A stretch of 64,000 nucleotides of DNA from Eledone cirrhosa (GCA_964016885.1 OZ024743.1:151404001-151468000); one strand, 5' to 3'; shown: positions 12,864 to 26,728, counted from the stretch's first letter. Notes: generated by a model not told the origin, from the letters alone. Numbers and translations: made by a program.

Positions 12864-15800
12864 TCTCTTCTCTATATATATAAAACGGTAGATGTCTGTC
12901 TGTGTGTGTGTATGATTTTTATGCATTTCCACATTTCTCTACCGATTTTGATAAATTTTTTTCCAATGTGCTCCAAATTTACCAGGGCAGGTCAACACGT
13001 AATTATTTTTGCCAAAAATGTTGTGCTTCTATGAAAAAAAAATCGATAAAACTAAATACATGCTGTAACCCTCTCTCTTACATGCTTCATTCCTCTCACT
13101 ACTACCATCAAAAATATATGAAACTACATACATGTTGCAACTCTCTTTAAAAGGTTCATATTTTCCTCTACTCCACTCTCAATCTCCTCTGCAACTCTCT
13201 TTAAAAGGTTACTGCCTCCGTCTACTACCCTTTACAGTTTAGAACAACGATAAAACTTCTTTTGAAGGAACGCGACACAAACTTTGAAACCTAAGCAACA
13301 CAACAACCATAGCTTTACTCTCTCCGTCGCTCTTCCCTCTCTCTACAATAGATTATTCCCCCTCTCTACAGTCATAACGACACTCATACATCAAATATCA
13401 AAATTTAAAAATCCAATAACACTAAATACATACTGCTCTATCAACATTACATTTTACACACATTTTACATCAAATAACAAATATTCAAAAGAACAGATGA
13501 ATTTATAAAACAACAAACGTAACAATAACGACCTCTCTATAATTTAACTGCTTTACTCTCTCTGTCGCTGTTCACTCCCTATATGACAACACTGCAGAGA
13601 GAGAAACAATGTATATGATCAAATGGAGCGTTCCGTATATTCCCCCTCTCTATAATTTAACTGCTTTACTCTCTCTGACGCTCTTCACTCCCTATATGAC
13701 AACACTGCAGTGGAGCGTTCCGTATTCGCATACAGCTTATCTGGGGCATTTTCAATTGGCTTATTGCAAATAACAACCCGCAAAATAACACTTCATATAA
13801 CAGATTAATGCTATAGACATATGAATCGGAATGTAACCCGTGAACTTTTTCCTGGGCAAAATTATTCGAACAGACATGACCTCATTGCCAGAATGTTCAG
13901 ACTGAAACTGGCTAAACTCATGGCTTTAATAAAAAAGGTCAGGTATTTGGGGCTGTAAAATGTGACATGTTCACCGTCGAATGGCAAAAACGAGGGCTGC
14001 CACATGCTCACATTTTGATTTGGTTAGCTGATAAAATCAATTCAAATGCCATAGACAGCTTCATTTCGGCTGAAATCCCTAACCCAGCAACTGACCAGGA
14101 ATTACATGACATCGTCAAAGCTAACATGGCCCGTGTGCGTCGGGTCCTAATGAGCATCACACGTGTCTGAAAGGGGGGGTCGTGCAGTAAGGGATACCCA
14201 AAAAAATTTGTTGACGAGACTCAGACTGGTGGCGATGGGTACCCCCTGTACAGGCGGAGACGGCCCGAGAACGGTGGCTTCACCACAACAGTAAAGGGAG
14301 GTCAAGTCGACAATAGATGGGTGGTCCCTTACTGCCCGCTTCTCTTGAAGATGTTCAACGCCCACATCAACGTCGAGTTTTGCAACTCCTTCAAGTCTAT
14401 AAAATACATACGCAAACATGTAAATAAGGGCTCTGTTGAGGTCACAGAATACCTGGCGAGGCAGTACATCAGTAGCAATGAAGCTTTTTGGTGCCTATTT
14501 GGTTTCCCCCTACACCAACGGCACCCCGCCATCATACAGCTTGCAGTACATTTGCAAAATGGGCAAAGGGTTTACTTTACGGACCAAACCGCCGCAAAGC
14601 TGGCCGCCGATCTGAAAGAGACCACCGACAGGTTTCTTCAAACTTTGCCAGTTTGATACATTTGCGCAAACAGTTGTGTACCCCCAGGTTCCATCCGACT
14701 TTATATGGTCGAAAAACACTTGGGTGCGAAGAAAGTCAGGTCAGGCTGTTGTAAAATTTGACAGCTGTCTTGGAAGGGTTTACACTGTGCCCCCAAGTCA
14801 GCATGAGTGCTTTCATCTTCGCCCTCTTCTGCATGAAGTTGTAGGCCCACAAAGTTTTCAGGACCTCAAAAATGTTGATGGAGAAATATGCGATACGTAC
14901 CGGAAGCCTGCTTTAAGCGTGATCTTTTGGAAGATGATTCGCAATGGGATTCCACTTTAGCAGAGGGTGCTTTGTTGAAATCACCTAAAGGTCTACGGGA
15001 ACTCTTTGCCATTTTGCTTCAAAAGTGTGAATTGGGTGATCCCAAATCTTTATGGGTCAAGTACAGAGACTTCATGTCTGAGGATTTCCTGTACCTGGCT
15101 GATCTGCAGTATCCTTCAATGGAAGTTGCTTACAGCGGCATTATCTACAACAGGGCACTCATTGATATCGAGGACGCCCTCCTCGACATGGGTGGGAGTG
15201 AGTTGGTGACGTATGGCTTGCCGTCAACCGTCACAAATGAAGCTAACACGTTGGCCCTGGATTTGTTGCGGGAAACAGCATATGACATCGAATCTCTTTC
15301 CCAATACTTAGAGGAAAATGAGCCCAAACGTCTGTCGGACCAAAGGTTGGCCTATTTAACTATCATTGACGCGGTTCAAATCAGACTGGGGGTATTTACA
15401 TTCTCGATGCTCATGGGGGTACCGGAAAAACTTTTGTAACAAAATTGATTCCTGCTAAGATTCGTCAGGAGAAAAAAGTTGCGTTGTCCGTTGCACCGTC
15501 CGAGATCGCTGCTACTTTGCTGCCGGGAGGCAGGACAGCACATTCAACCTTTAAACTCCCTTTGGATTTAGTAAAAACTGAGACACCAACATGCAATATC
15601 AGCAAGAGCTCACACGAAGCTCTGGTTCTCAAAAAATGTTGCCTCATTGTTTGGGATTAGTGCACAATGGCACACAAGGGTGCCCTTGAGGCATTGGACA
15701 GGACCCTGAAAGACATTAGGGATTCTACAGCTCCTATGGGTGGCGTAACCCTTCTGCTATCAGGGGATTTTCGGCAAACACTGCCTGTCATCCCCAAAGG

Positions 15801-17006
15801 GACAAGAGCTGATGAAGTGTGTGCCAGCCTTAAGTCGTCCACATTGTGGCCCCAGGTGAAGACTTTGTACCTGAGCACAAATATGCGTGCTCATTTGCAT
15901 GGTGGCAACATGTCTGCAGCATTTGCTCAGAACATTTTAGCATTTGGTGAGGGCAAGGTCCCTGCGGATGACAAGGGCGGCATAGCAATCGACTCCCTGT
16001 GCAACATTGTGAGCACCCCTTCTGACCTTTGGGAGGCAGTTTTTCCTAATGTCTCATCTAACTTTAAAAACTTCGATTGGTTCAGCAAAAGAGCCATCCT
16101 TGCTCCGAAAAATGCCATGGTTAATTTTATTAACGAGCAGCTGATTGAGAAAATTCCTGGTAAAGAGCACATCTTCAAATCTATCGACCGGACGTCAGAC
16201 CCCGACGATATCATTAATTATCCGGTTGAGTTATTAAATTCCCTTGAGCCCCCAGGGCTCCCACCTCACATTCTTAAGCTTAGAGTTGGCTGTCTCATTA
16301 TGCTAATAAGGAACTTGCCCCCACCAAAGCAGTGCAACGGTACTCGCATGGTCATCAAGTCAATGACGCCCCACTTGATTGAGACCACCATTGTAATGGG
16401 GTGCGGGAGAGGGGAGAATGTTTTCATTCCAAGGATGAACCTTTTCCCCTCGGCGTCAGATATCCCGTTCGATATCCAGCGATCACAATTCCCGATGAGA
16501 CCATATTTTGCCATGTCCATTAACAAGTCATAAGGGCAAACATTGTCGGTGGCAGGCATCCATTTGGGGGAGCCATGCTTCTCCCATGGTCAACTTTATG
16601 TTGCCTGTTCCCACATAGGGAGCAGGAATGGACTTTTTGCTTACACTCCTCAAGGGATGACACGCAATATCGTCTACAAAGAGGTGCTATAGATGTTAGT
16701 GCAGGTGTTGGAGCTATGCTGTCTGGAAAACTATTTCCTGGTAGGGTCACCCATGACGGACAGATGTGACACCCAGCAGCATCAAGGCCACCATCTTGCA
16801 ACTTTGGTCTGCTAAATTCGCTATTGGATGATTATTAACCCATCATTGATTGTCCAAAATGCTAATTGGTTCATAACTTTTAATAATCGGTTCAACTGCT
16901 TTATGCACTTAATTGATAAGCTTATTCGCTTTCAAGCTACGTTTACCTGTATGTAACTTTTCATAGCAAATGAATAAACCCGAGCAACGCCGGGCTAAAC
17001 TGCTAG
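12864..17006 (+). mobile_element. Helitron (inner) carrying a decayed RepHel gene
   Basis: 5' end A|TCTCTTCTCTATATATATAAAA. 3' hairpin CCCGAGCAACGCCGGG followed by CTAG|T. A|T target with no TSD, and RepHel coding sequence inside. Confidence 0.92.
13830..16692 (+). pseudogene. Helitron RepHel (HUH Rep endonuclease plus PIF1-like helicase), frameshifted and N-terminally deleted
   Basis: VEWQKRGLPHAHIL (HUH motif), SIKYIRKHVNKG (second catalytic Tyr replaced by His), GRTAHSTFKLP, GDFRQTLPV, CNGTR, FAMSINKS*GQT and SHGQLYVA, spread over several frames with stops. Confidence 0.95.
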
Positions 17007-17756
17007 TTTATTATAAATTTCCAGTTGGTTTGTTCGATAACTGGATGGTTGTTTATATATTGTCAAAGCTCTTCCGCCACACATTCAGTGACCTCCTCAG
17101 TGACTGGGTTTTTTTATTGTGTCTCCTCTTTGTTCTGTCCTACACCATCTCGTTTTTGTGTGTTGACAACACACCATGAGGAAAAGAGAAAGTAACGGAG
17201 TAGAAGAAATTGAAAGAGATCGCACATTGAGAGAGAGAGGGTGTGTGCGGTGTGTGTGGGTGTGTGTGTGTGTGTGTGACTGTGAGACAACACTACGCTA
17301 TTGTAGCAGGAAAGAGGGGGGGGGGGGGGGCGAAAGTAACTATTAGCAGAGAAAATGAAAGAGAGATGCTGTATGTTTGTTTCTGTATGCATCAGTGAAG
17401 TGTGTATGTGTGTGGGGGGCATCCCACGAAAGTCTAGAATCGTCTTAAACTATAGATCAAAGTATCAGTTGAAGGATTAACAATATTGCATTTGCTTTTA
17501 TAAAGTCGTTTTACATCAGTCTTTGAAAGTTTCAGATCAAATTGATAAAATCATAAGTGCCGAATTGCCCAATCCTGACAAAGACCCAGAACTATTTGTC
17601 ACACACGTACACACACCATGGTCTTGCCTCACTGTAAACCAGACAACACATCCAATACAGTCGTTTTCTCTTCTACCCGTCTTCTCTTAACTGTTCACCC
17701 GGGCAAAGCCGGGTACCTCAACTAGTGTAAGTATATATATATATATATATATATAT

Positions 17757-17814
17757 TACTCTTTTACTCTTTTACCTGTTTCAGCCATCCGGCTGAGGCC
17801 ATGCTGGGGCACCG
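17757..17814 (-). mobile_element. Short 3' end of a SINE with a (GAGTAAAA)n tail, inserted in (TA)n
   Basis: ttactcttttactcttttacctgtttcagcca...ccatgctggggcacc with TA runs on both sides. Related tails near 18170-18220 and 19390-19540. Confidence 0.65.
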
Positions 17815-17969
17815 ATATATATATTTATTTCAACAAGTTCAAAAGTTTAACAATATCAGATTCATTTAATATACATATAGTACCAATAATTTATAAAATA
17901 AATCATCTTAAATAACAATTTTATGTTTCTAAATATTAGTATATGCCTAAGAATTAATAAAACAGCTTA

Positions 17970-18220
17970 ATGTGAGTGTAGCTGTGTGGTGAAAACGTTC
18001 CCTGAGCAAACACTTGGCTCCAGGTTCAATATCATATTGGGCCAACTAAAAAAGCATTGCAAGTGAAATTTAGTGGCAGAAACAGATATACATATATTGA
18101 TAAAATATGTATCAAACTTGAAAAGATAACTACTAGGATCATTATGATTGACTAAATCAAGGCAATACTCCAGTATGACTGCCATCTAATGACTGAAACT
18201 AGTATATGAATATAAGAATA
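17970..18220 (+). mobile_element. Decayed tRNA-derived SINE
   Basis: A-box-like tagctgtgtggt, B-box-like ggttcaat and a tgactgaaac tail. Confidence 0.55.
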
Positions 18221-18477
18221 TATTTATATAGATATATACTTCATTGGGGCATAACATCTAATTACTATTGGTTAGAGAGAGAAGTTTCTATGTGTATATA
18301 TCAATGGGACATGGCAGGATTAATTTGTGGTATAGGATTAAATCCCTTACAAATTTACTATTCTTCTTTATGCAGTTGTTAAAACAATTGCTTGTAGTCA
18401 TTGTAATTGACTGAAAATATGAAATTGATGCCAGAAAAAGAACTGGTAGAGAACAATTACTTTAATTGGCCAAACCC

Positions 18478-18626
18478 ATTATGTGTGACTCATTGAGTTT
18501 TGTCACGTCTTCAGAAGGCTGCCGCCTGGCGACACCGTTCTATGTTCTGCGTAAAGACACACTTTAAGATAAGAGCTGTTTAAAGCAACGCGTGTTTAAG
18601 CAGAAACTCAATGAGTCACGGTTAAT
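18478..18626. mobile_element. Small MITE with terminal inverted repeats
   Basis: Perfect 16-bp inverted repeat GTGACTCATTGAGTTT (18485-18500) / AAACTCAATGAGTCAC (18604-18619) around a core more GC-rich than the flanks. TSD unclear. Confidence 0.65.
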
Positions 18627-19934
18627 GACTGATCAACATACACCCACACACATATATATGATCAATTATATGCACTCTTATTAACTTATTAACTGGAGTG
18701 AATTTGTTATGCATAGCGTTAGAGAATATATTGAACATGAGAAAAGTTAAAAGAGTTCATGTGAAGCATGATGCTAGCTAACTGCTTAAAACTAGCACAC
18801 TGCCAATACCCCATTTGTATGTAGTTTTAGTATGTGATCTGATGGTGGGAAATGTTCAGGATAAAAACAATCCCACCCGACTCAGTTATAAATAGATACA
18901 AATTATCTGTCACATACAAATGCATAAGGCTGACATTTGTTGTCTACAAAATAAAACTAAATTTGAGATTTTTTAGAAAAGAAACCTCTTTCTCTGTCCC
19001 TCTCTCTCTGTGTACATATATATATACACACACATATATATATATATATATATATGTGCATGTCTGATGATCATGTGGAACACACAAGCAAAACTCCAAA
19101 CTAACCGGACACTGAACCAACCTTAATAAAAGTAATATATATATATATCAAAGGGTTTGTTTGATAGTATATATGACATGTTTATGTATAATTAATATAT
19201 GAGAGCCACATTATGAATTTTTGAAAAGCTGTGATCATGTCACAACTATCTCAGTAGCGGTGAGTATGCCAGATAGCTATTTTTTAGATTTCTATCTTAT
19301 ATACTCTCATATACATCCCTATAAAGAAACCATACTATGTTAGTACCACTTCTAATTATATATATATATGTATATGTACACACACCTGCTCTTATTTTAC
19401 TTCACTGGTTTCAATCAGACCGTTGCCATGCTGGAGCATTTAGCATTAGTTTTACATGCATTTTCCCTGCCAGCAAGGGTGAGATGGGTGATTACAACCC
19501 AAGTCAACAATCCTATGACTGAAACCAGCAAAAGAATTAAAGTACATACAAACATACACACATATGTACATGCAAGTATACACACACCAACACATTTCTA
19601 TTTATTAGTAATGTATAAAGTTTCTTAATTTTTATGCTGTAAGAAAAGCAGTTTCTGATGTTTCGTACCAAGTTCTTCTTTGGGGACATGGCAAAAGCAA
19701 AGAATGCATTGGTTTGTATTTGTGGGAATGAAACAATGGGAGAGAAAGGAAAAAAATTGGAAGTGAGTGGAAAGAGAGTTACAGAGAAATAAGAATGAGA
19801 ATTTTATTAATTTAAAATAAGGAGTTTTTCTTGGTCAGATCTGTGACTGGTAAACAAGTTTTTAATAACATCAACCACATTAACAGATGTACAATACATT
19901 GTATATAGCATTGAAGCAAATCACTTAACATAGA

Positions 19935-20130
19935 CATTTAAACTGGCTGTATCCGGCCAGAATTCTCTCAACTCTTTCTGTTAAAACCAGCTGTAACCGG
20001 CCACTTATACTGATGGTATGGTATTTTTCTCAAAATAAATAATATCAAAATCTCATAGATTCGATATTATGTGAGATAAAGCCTTTACCATGCAAATACA
20101 TTAGTATATATAGAGTAATGTAAATGCTAA
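19935..20130. mobile_element. piggyBac-type MITE, copy 2 (termini eroded)
   Basis: Internal sequence matches the other three copies but the CCCT/AGGG ends are missing. Confidence 0.8.
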
Positions 20131-20663
20131 GTATTTTATTAATTATTCTAGCTGCCAAGAATGCTTCATAATATGCAAATCTAAATCCAGCCACGTCCTG
20201 TACTGCACCTTCTGCACACCCTCATGAAAGAGGGTTATTTCATTGTCACAGTTTTGCAAGATAATCTGTCACAGCAATAAGTTTGCTGCTTGTTTATGTT
20301 CACAAAAAACAGATTCTTGAATAGTGTTTGGAAAAAATACGCACACAAGTCATGTAAACATTATTTTGAATTCTTATAATGATACTATATTAAAATAGGC
20401 ATGATTTATTGATTTAAAAATATAGTTAAAGATGAAATTAGTCTCACAACTGGAAATCTTTTGTAGGGATAGTTATACATATTTTACAATATCTATTACA
20501 CCATTGAAGAGCTAGACCTGAAGAGCTAGACCTCTTTAATATTTTGCTATGGTTGAATTTATTCTTTGTATTCAATTTTAATACACATTCCAATTTCCAG
20601 TTCAAGAAGGAAACAAATTAGGTTAATTTCTGTTACATTTCATAATTCTAAGGGTATTATTAA

Positions 20664-20875
20664 CCCTTTAGCATTTAAACTGGCCGTATCTGGCCACAAT
20701 TCTTTCACCTATTTTTGTTCAAACTAGCCATAACCAGCTGCTCCTACTATGTTAAGGTATTGATCCCAAAATATATATCAAAATCTCGTAGATTTAATAT
20801 GTGAAATAATTATGTGGGAAAGTGTTTACCATGAAAATACAATAGTAAATATAGAGTAATGTAAATGCTAAAGGG
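20664..20875. mobile_element. piggyBac-type MITE, copy 3
   Basis: TTAA|CCCTTTAGCATTTA ... TAAATGCTAAAGGG|TTAA, perfect 14-bp TIRs. Confidence 0.92.
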
Positions 20876-21780
20876 TTAAAAATATATATCACAAACTCTT
20901 GCCTTGATTTTCTTTTCCTTTCTTTTTTATTTTGTTCACAAAATTATCTTAGAGCAAAGAAACTACATCAAAATGAATAGATCTTTTAAAATGAAGGACC
21001 CTGGTGTGTTCAACCCATACAAACACAGGAAAATGATTGCAGAAATTTGACAATGATGATAACAGAATATTCTTTACAGTTTGTTATTATAGAATATATC
21101 TGAATTTAATCTAATAAAAATGATATATATAAAAGGAATAATTCTTTATATGCATATCTATAAATATACCTAATATAAACAAAATAAAATTCTTTCCTTC
21201 AGCTGTGACAAAATATGTGTTAAGTAAATAATAATATTTCTCAAAACAATATTCGTACTTCTAGTAAAAAAAATTAATAATAAAACAGATGGTTCCCTCA
21301 GACATTTTCTATTTATACTTGCCTTTTTCCATTACGTTTTATTTTCTATTTTGCTTCTAAATTTATACCAAGGATATATAAACATCATATTTCCCTGAGA
21401 AATGAGCACTCTTTATTATTATTTTTATTTTACTGTTTAGTCAAGGAGTGAAGGGCGATGTCCATGATCCTTTTCGGGGCCTCTGAGACTTGTGGGAGAG
21501 AAGGAGGAAAATAATTAAGTTGGGGACCTGGTTTGAATATTTGCAAAATAGTCGGCTCTGCAAAAGGCATCCAAGGGCCAGATGGTGGTGTTTAATTGAA
21601 TGACAGATCATATCTACCACCCAAGTAGATTTAAGTGGGATTTGAACTCAGAAAACAAAAAGCAAGAATAAATACCAAAGGCATCTCATTCAAAACTCAT
21701 AACATTTCTGATAATCTACAGTCATATACAGCTACTTTATTTTATATTCAACAGATTGAAATGTATCTAGATATAATATA

Positions 21781-21890
21781 ATTGTTTCTACTTTTGGCAC
21801 AAGGCCAGCAAATACCCAGTGCATTACTGGTACTTTATTTTATCGACCCCGTAAGGATGAAAGGCAAAGTTAACCTCGGCGGGATTTCAA
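21781..21890 (-). mobile_element. 5'-truncated tRNA-derived SINE
   Basis: Near-identical to the 3' 110 nt of 56776-56958. Confidence 0.9.
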
Positions 21891-21919
21891 TTCACATTGT
21901 AAAGTAGTCATGTTGGCCA

Positions 21920-22105
21920 CATGACAAAAAGTGCCCTGTCAACACTGTAAATATGGTTGGCATTAGGAAGGACATCTAGCCATAGAAACCAAGCCAGAAA
22001 CAATTCTGTATGAGAATCACACATTCATCTGATCTGACTTGTCCAAAAACTTGTCTAACCCATACTACCACAGAAAAATGGACGTTGAATGGTGATGATG
22101 ATGAT
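21920..22105 (+). mobile_element. Non-autonomous RTE-related element
   Basis: ggttggcattaggaaggacatctagcc block plus tctaaccca...ggacgtt...(GAT)n tail. Confidence 0.7.
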
Positions 22106-25100
22106 ATTGCAAGTATATCCATTTGAAACCAATCTAGCCCCTAAACTGAATAGCTACCATGCATACAGTACAAGAGAACCAAATACAACATTTCAGATAA
22201 GATACACGTTGCTTGAATAGAAAAAGAAAATTGCATCATAAGATGATTATAATTTGCTTAATAGCTTAAGTACACATTTTATAATAGTTAAGCAATGTTT
22301 TAATTTATTTACCATTTGGACACACTATACAACACACATTCAGTGTAGCCATGAAAAGAATTTGTTCCTTCAAACTTTCCAAACATATATAACTTAAGCT
22401 TTTATCTTATTATTTAGTTGGAGGAAGTAGAGTAATGTACATGACCTTTGCCTACTTTTAAAGATATATAGGGTCAATGTAATTGGAGTTCAGCTTAAGG
22501 TTATGTAGGTTAATGTCTGAAGGAAGAAAATCCCAGAGTGTTGCTGATCTGAGGAGAGATGGTTGAGTAAAGTGTTACACATAGTAAATATGTGAAGTGG
22601 AGGTGAGGCAAGGACTTAAGAGGGGGAGTGTTGTATAGCTTGACGGTTCAGAGAAGCAGAACATGAATAAAAGCAGTTACAGAGCAAAACCAATGGCATG
22701 TCTGTGGGACTTTAGTTGTTGAATGTTAGAGAGAGGGAGGTTTTGCCAGCCAGTTAACCAGATAGTCAGCCAACTGGTTAATTTGTGTATGTATAAATAG
22801 GAACTCTCTATGTATATGAGCAGTACTCTAATTTGAGCTTTGTAGAAAACATCAACTGCTCAGAGCTTAAGGTATTTTCTACTCACCAAGAACAAGCCTA
22901 GTCTTTGGTTTGTAGTTTCAGTAGTGTTACATAAGTGAGGTCATCATGAGGTATGTTAAGAGATTTTGAGACCTGCTCTAAATACCTTTAAAATGATGTC
23001 ATCTGACCCCAGTTCAGCTCTGATTCAGCTGATTGATGATCAAATTGATTCCAGCCATGATCAACCTATCATTTTTATTGTATATTTATGTGTACATTAT
23101 CCAATGTGTTCTTTCTCTTCTTTTAAGATTGTAGAGTGTGAGTTAAGGGAGCTTTGGCAACTATTTCTAGTAAAAAAAAAAGGGGGGGGGGGGCAAGAGG
23201 AAGTGTGTAAGTGCAGTTACAGCATGTACCTGTGTGTGGAAAGGAAGCAAAATGCCCAGCAACTGCAGTATTTATATAAGCAGAGATGCCACAGACAATC
23301 TTGAATGATGCATGTCTAATAGAAGGATTTTAAAAAGTTTGTAGAATATTGTGACAAAAGAACTAAAGATGCAATTTTAGAAACAAGAGGGTTTGTAAGC
23401 TATGCAATGAACAAAGGTATCCTTTTCTTTCATACTGGCTATTTTGCAGTGATAGGTATGGCGGATATACATCATCTTGCTGATGGTCAGTGACTCCTTG
23501 CAATAGTTGTTGACTGTTTTATATATCTGTGTGTGTATGTGTGCATATATATAGCTGAGACCGAACCACTTTAGAGACAGGTGAGATGATGGATATTTTC
23601 AATGCAGCATGAGAGAGAGTCAAATAACTGCTAGTAGGATGGAAGAGTTTAGAGCACAGTAGAAATAACAGATAAACTAAGAAGAATTGGGATGAGAGAT
23701 GTTAAATCAGAGTGGAAGTTTTTGTTGCCATTCAGATTACAGAGATGAGTGGTAGGAAGAGTAGACTATGAAAGTGCAAGCCTACAAAAATAAATTGGAA
23801 CACCTTATGTAGCTTGGGCAGCAGACAAGTTAAAGATAGACAATGGATTTGTCTCAGAAAGGAATAAGATGAGTGGTTTGCATGTTAGTAGGATGTAGTG
23901 ATTAAAGTTAAGTCAATAGATACTGATGCAGAAAATAGAGTAACAACCAACAAGTTATTTTTTAAGATATATATTTATAAAGATTTGAAGATGGTAACAA
24001 AAATAAAAACATAAAAGTACATATTTATTAAGAATTCCTGCAGTTCTTAGAGATTTATCATATAGATTATTTCTGGTTAATCTTTCTCTTAGATTTCTAC
24101 AATCTGGCAGCATTCAACTTTTTTTCAGATGAAAAATTTCCAGCAAGGAAATAATAGAAAGTACATATATACATGATGAACAATAGAAAATTATGCAGGT
24201 GAGTTCATTTTGGCAGCCTATAGTATTAGCAATAATATTGTTACAAAATGAACAGGGTAATTCTCAGTGCTAGATCTTTGTAGAATCTCAATCTCCAGCT
24301 TTGAAATACATATACAAAAGAGATGGATGGTATTACTAATGGAACTATACACATTATCATACATTTTATTTGTTCCTTTATAAAATACTTAGAGAATACT
24401 TCAAGAAAAAACATTATTTCAGATAGCAAAAAAAAAACAACTAAATATTAATCAATAAGTAGCAGTATGGTAGAGTGTGTTAAACATTGTCGCCATTAAT
24501 AGATCCATCAACTCTAAGCAGAAGGGATAAGGCTTTGAGGGTAAGGCCTTTGAACTTAAGAGTCAATATACTCACATTGTGTCTACATCTCATCAATACA
24601 GGCAATTACAGTACAATACTGCCATTTATGTTCATGTCATACAAAAGTAAACAAATAAAATTGCCTACATAGTTATATTATGGCATACATACAAAGATTA
24701 ATTGGTTCTTCAGTATAGAACAAAGAGTATATTTCCCAGGTTTCATTTATTGAATAGAACTAATTATAAGAGGAAATAAGTAAAACTGTGACTACTTTGA
24801 CTTCTAAGAAAATATTTTTATTCATCATATTTGAAGTCAGAAATCATTACAAGGTAAGAAAACTGATTTTTTTTTTTTGTTTTGTTGAGACCTATCACTA
24901 TTTTTTTAATGTATCCCAGTAAACTACTTGCATTTTTTTTATTGCTTTTGGGAGTGATTTGAATTTATATAATGTAAAGCATTTGGTGAGTTGATAGTCT
25001 GTTGGCCACCATTGACTATAGTGGAGTAAAAAGCAATAGAGGAAAACATATACACCAATAAGATATTGGGTGTTTTCTTTTAAAACCAAATATCATCATA

Positions 25101-25673
25101 ATCATTTTACAGCCATCTTTCTGTGCTGGATGAGTCAGTACTTTCCCAGAGCAATTGTCCTCCTAGATGGATTGAGGGACCACATGTCACTCAGTACATT
25201 CCATTTTTAGCATGGTTTCTACAACTGGATGCCTTTCCTAACATCAATCCTTTTACAGAATATACTGGATGCATTTTATTATGGTATCAGTGCACAAGTA
25301 ATTGTCATATATTTGATATGATTAAAAAGTCTTCTCTACCTCATGTAGTTACTATTTGAATAACAAGCATTTTTATGAAGTATACCAAATGCCTTTTATA
25401 GTACACCAACACTACAAAGTTTACCTTCTTGCAAAGTATGGTGAAAGTTGAAAATAGAAAGGGTGTGGTAGTTAAGTGGGGCAATGGAGGGATTGTTTTA
25501 TTTTAAGACACAGTCAAAACTATATTAATTGATGTGATCATGAAATATTAACATTAAAAAAATAATGAAAAAGAGACCCAACTGATAGCTGAAAATGAAA
25601 AAGAAAATGTTTCCCAGTGCAAGATGTATGCAAATTAACATGTGCCTTATCTTATGTATGTGTATGTATATAC

Positions 25674-26231
25674 ATAGTGTCTAGAATAAGGACGGGTTGG
25701 AAGAAGTTTAGGAAGCTGCTTCCTCTGTTGACTAAGAAGGGTTTCTCCTTACAAACGAAAGGCCAGTTATATGATGCCTGTGTGAGATGCGCGATGCTGC
25801 ATGGTAGTGAGACATGGGCAGCAACTACGGAGGATATGCGATGGCTGGAGAGAAATGAAGCAAGCATGCACCGTTGGATGTGCAATGCCAATGTGTGTGA
25901 ACGACCAAGCATAGACGAGTTGAGAGAGAAACTGTGTACAAGAGAGATAAGCTGTAGTGTGCGGGAGAGAAGACTGCGTTAGTATGGACATGTGATGCAC
26001 ATGGAGGATGACCGCTGGGTAAAGAAGTGCCAAGAAAACCCAGTAGAAGGAAGACGCAGTAGAGGAAGACCACGAAAATCATGGGTGGAGGTGGTGAGAG
26101 CTGACCTCAGATCGCTGAAGCTCACGGAGGAGATGATGAAGGACCATGACGAATATAGAGATGCTGTGCTGAATAGGATCCGTCTCACCCTTGCAAGCAG
26201 GAAAAAGCGGACGTAAAATGATGATGATGAT
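25674..26231 (+). mobile_element. 5'-truncated RTE LINE (family A)
   Basis: IVSRIRTGWKKF...LHGSETW...GRPRKSW...ASRKKRT*, then a (GAT)n tail and (TA)n. Confidence 0.95.
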
Positions 26232-26242
26232 ATATATATATA

Positions 26243-26655
26243 GCCACTTGCTTCAAGGTTATCACCATGACCTCCCCTCCAACAGTGCAATGTCTGCACC
26301 CCACCCAAGCCACAACCCCAACCAATGCCTCCTAAGAATGGTAGCACTACGACAAAAGCACCCAGACCATCTTAGGTGGTAGTGCTGGCTCCACAACGAA
26401 AAGCAGCCAGTGCACCCAGTATCAGTGTCATGATAAAATGCTCCCGATATATGCTGTGAAGTGGTTGGTGTTAGGAAAGGCATCCAGTCATAGAAACCAT
26501 GTTCCTAGTACACACTGTAAAATGGAGGGCATCCAGCTGTAGAGAAAAAACCAAAACAAAGCGTACAAGCAAAACCTAGTTACCTAATCAGTCAGGCCTC
26601 AGCATGTGACAGCTATCTAACCCAAGCAAGCATAGAAAATAGACATTAAACAGTG
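26243..26655 (+). mobile_element. RTE-related non-coding 3' region or non-autonomous element
   Basis: Repeated aaaagcacccag units, gtggttggtgttaggaaaggcatccag and a tctaaccc...gcatagaaaatagacattaaa tail. Confidence 0.65.
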
Positions 26656-26681
26656 ATTATATATATATATGTGTGTCTATG

Positions 26682-26728
<47 letters not shown>

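Larger units (their letters stand above)
12723..17725 (+). mobile_element. Non-autonomous Helitron (outer), split by a nested Helitron
   Basis: 5' end A|TCTATATATAATATAAAAG. 3' hairpin CCCGGGCAAAGCCGGG followed by CTAG|T at 17722-17726. Internal Rep remnant DQIDKIISAELPNPDKDPELF at 17535-17597. Confidence 0.8.

Noticed and set aside
15667-16533. Host PIF1 helicase gene
   Set aside because: It is intronless, disrupted, preceded by a HUH Rep and bounded by Helitron termini.
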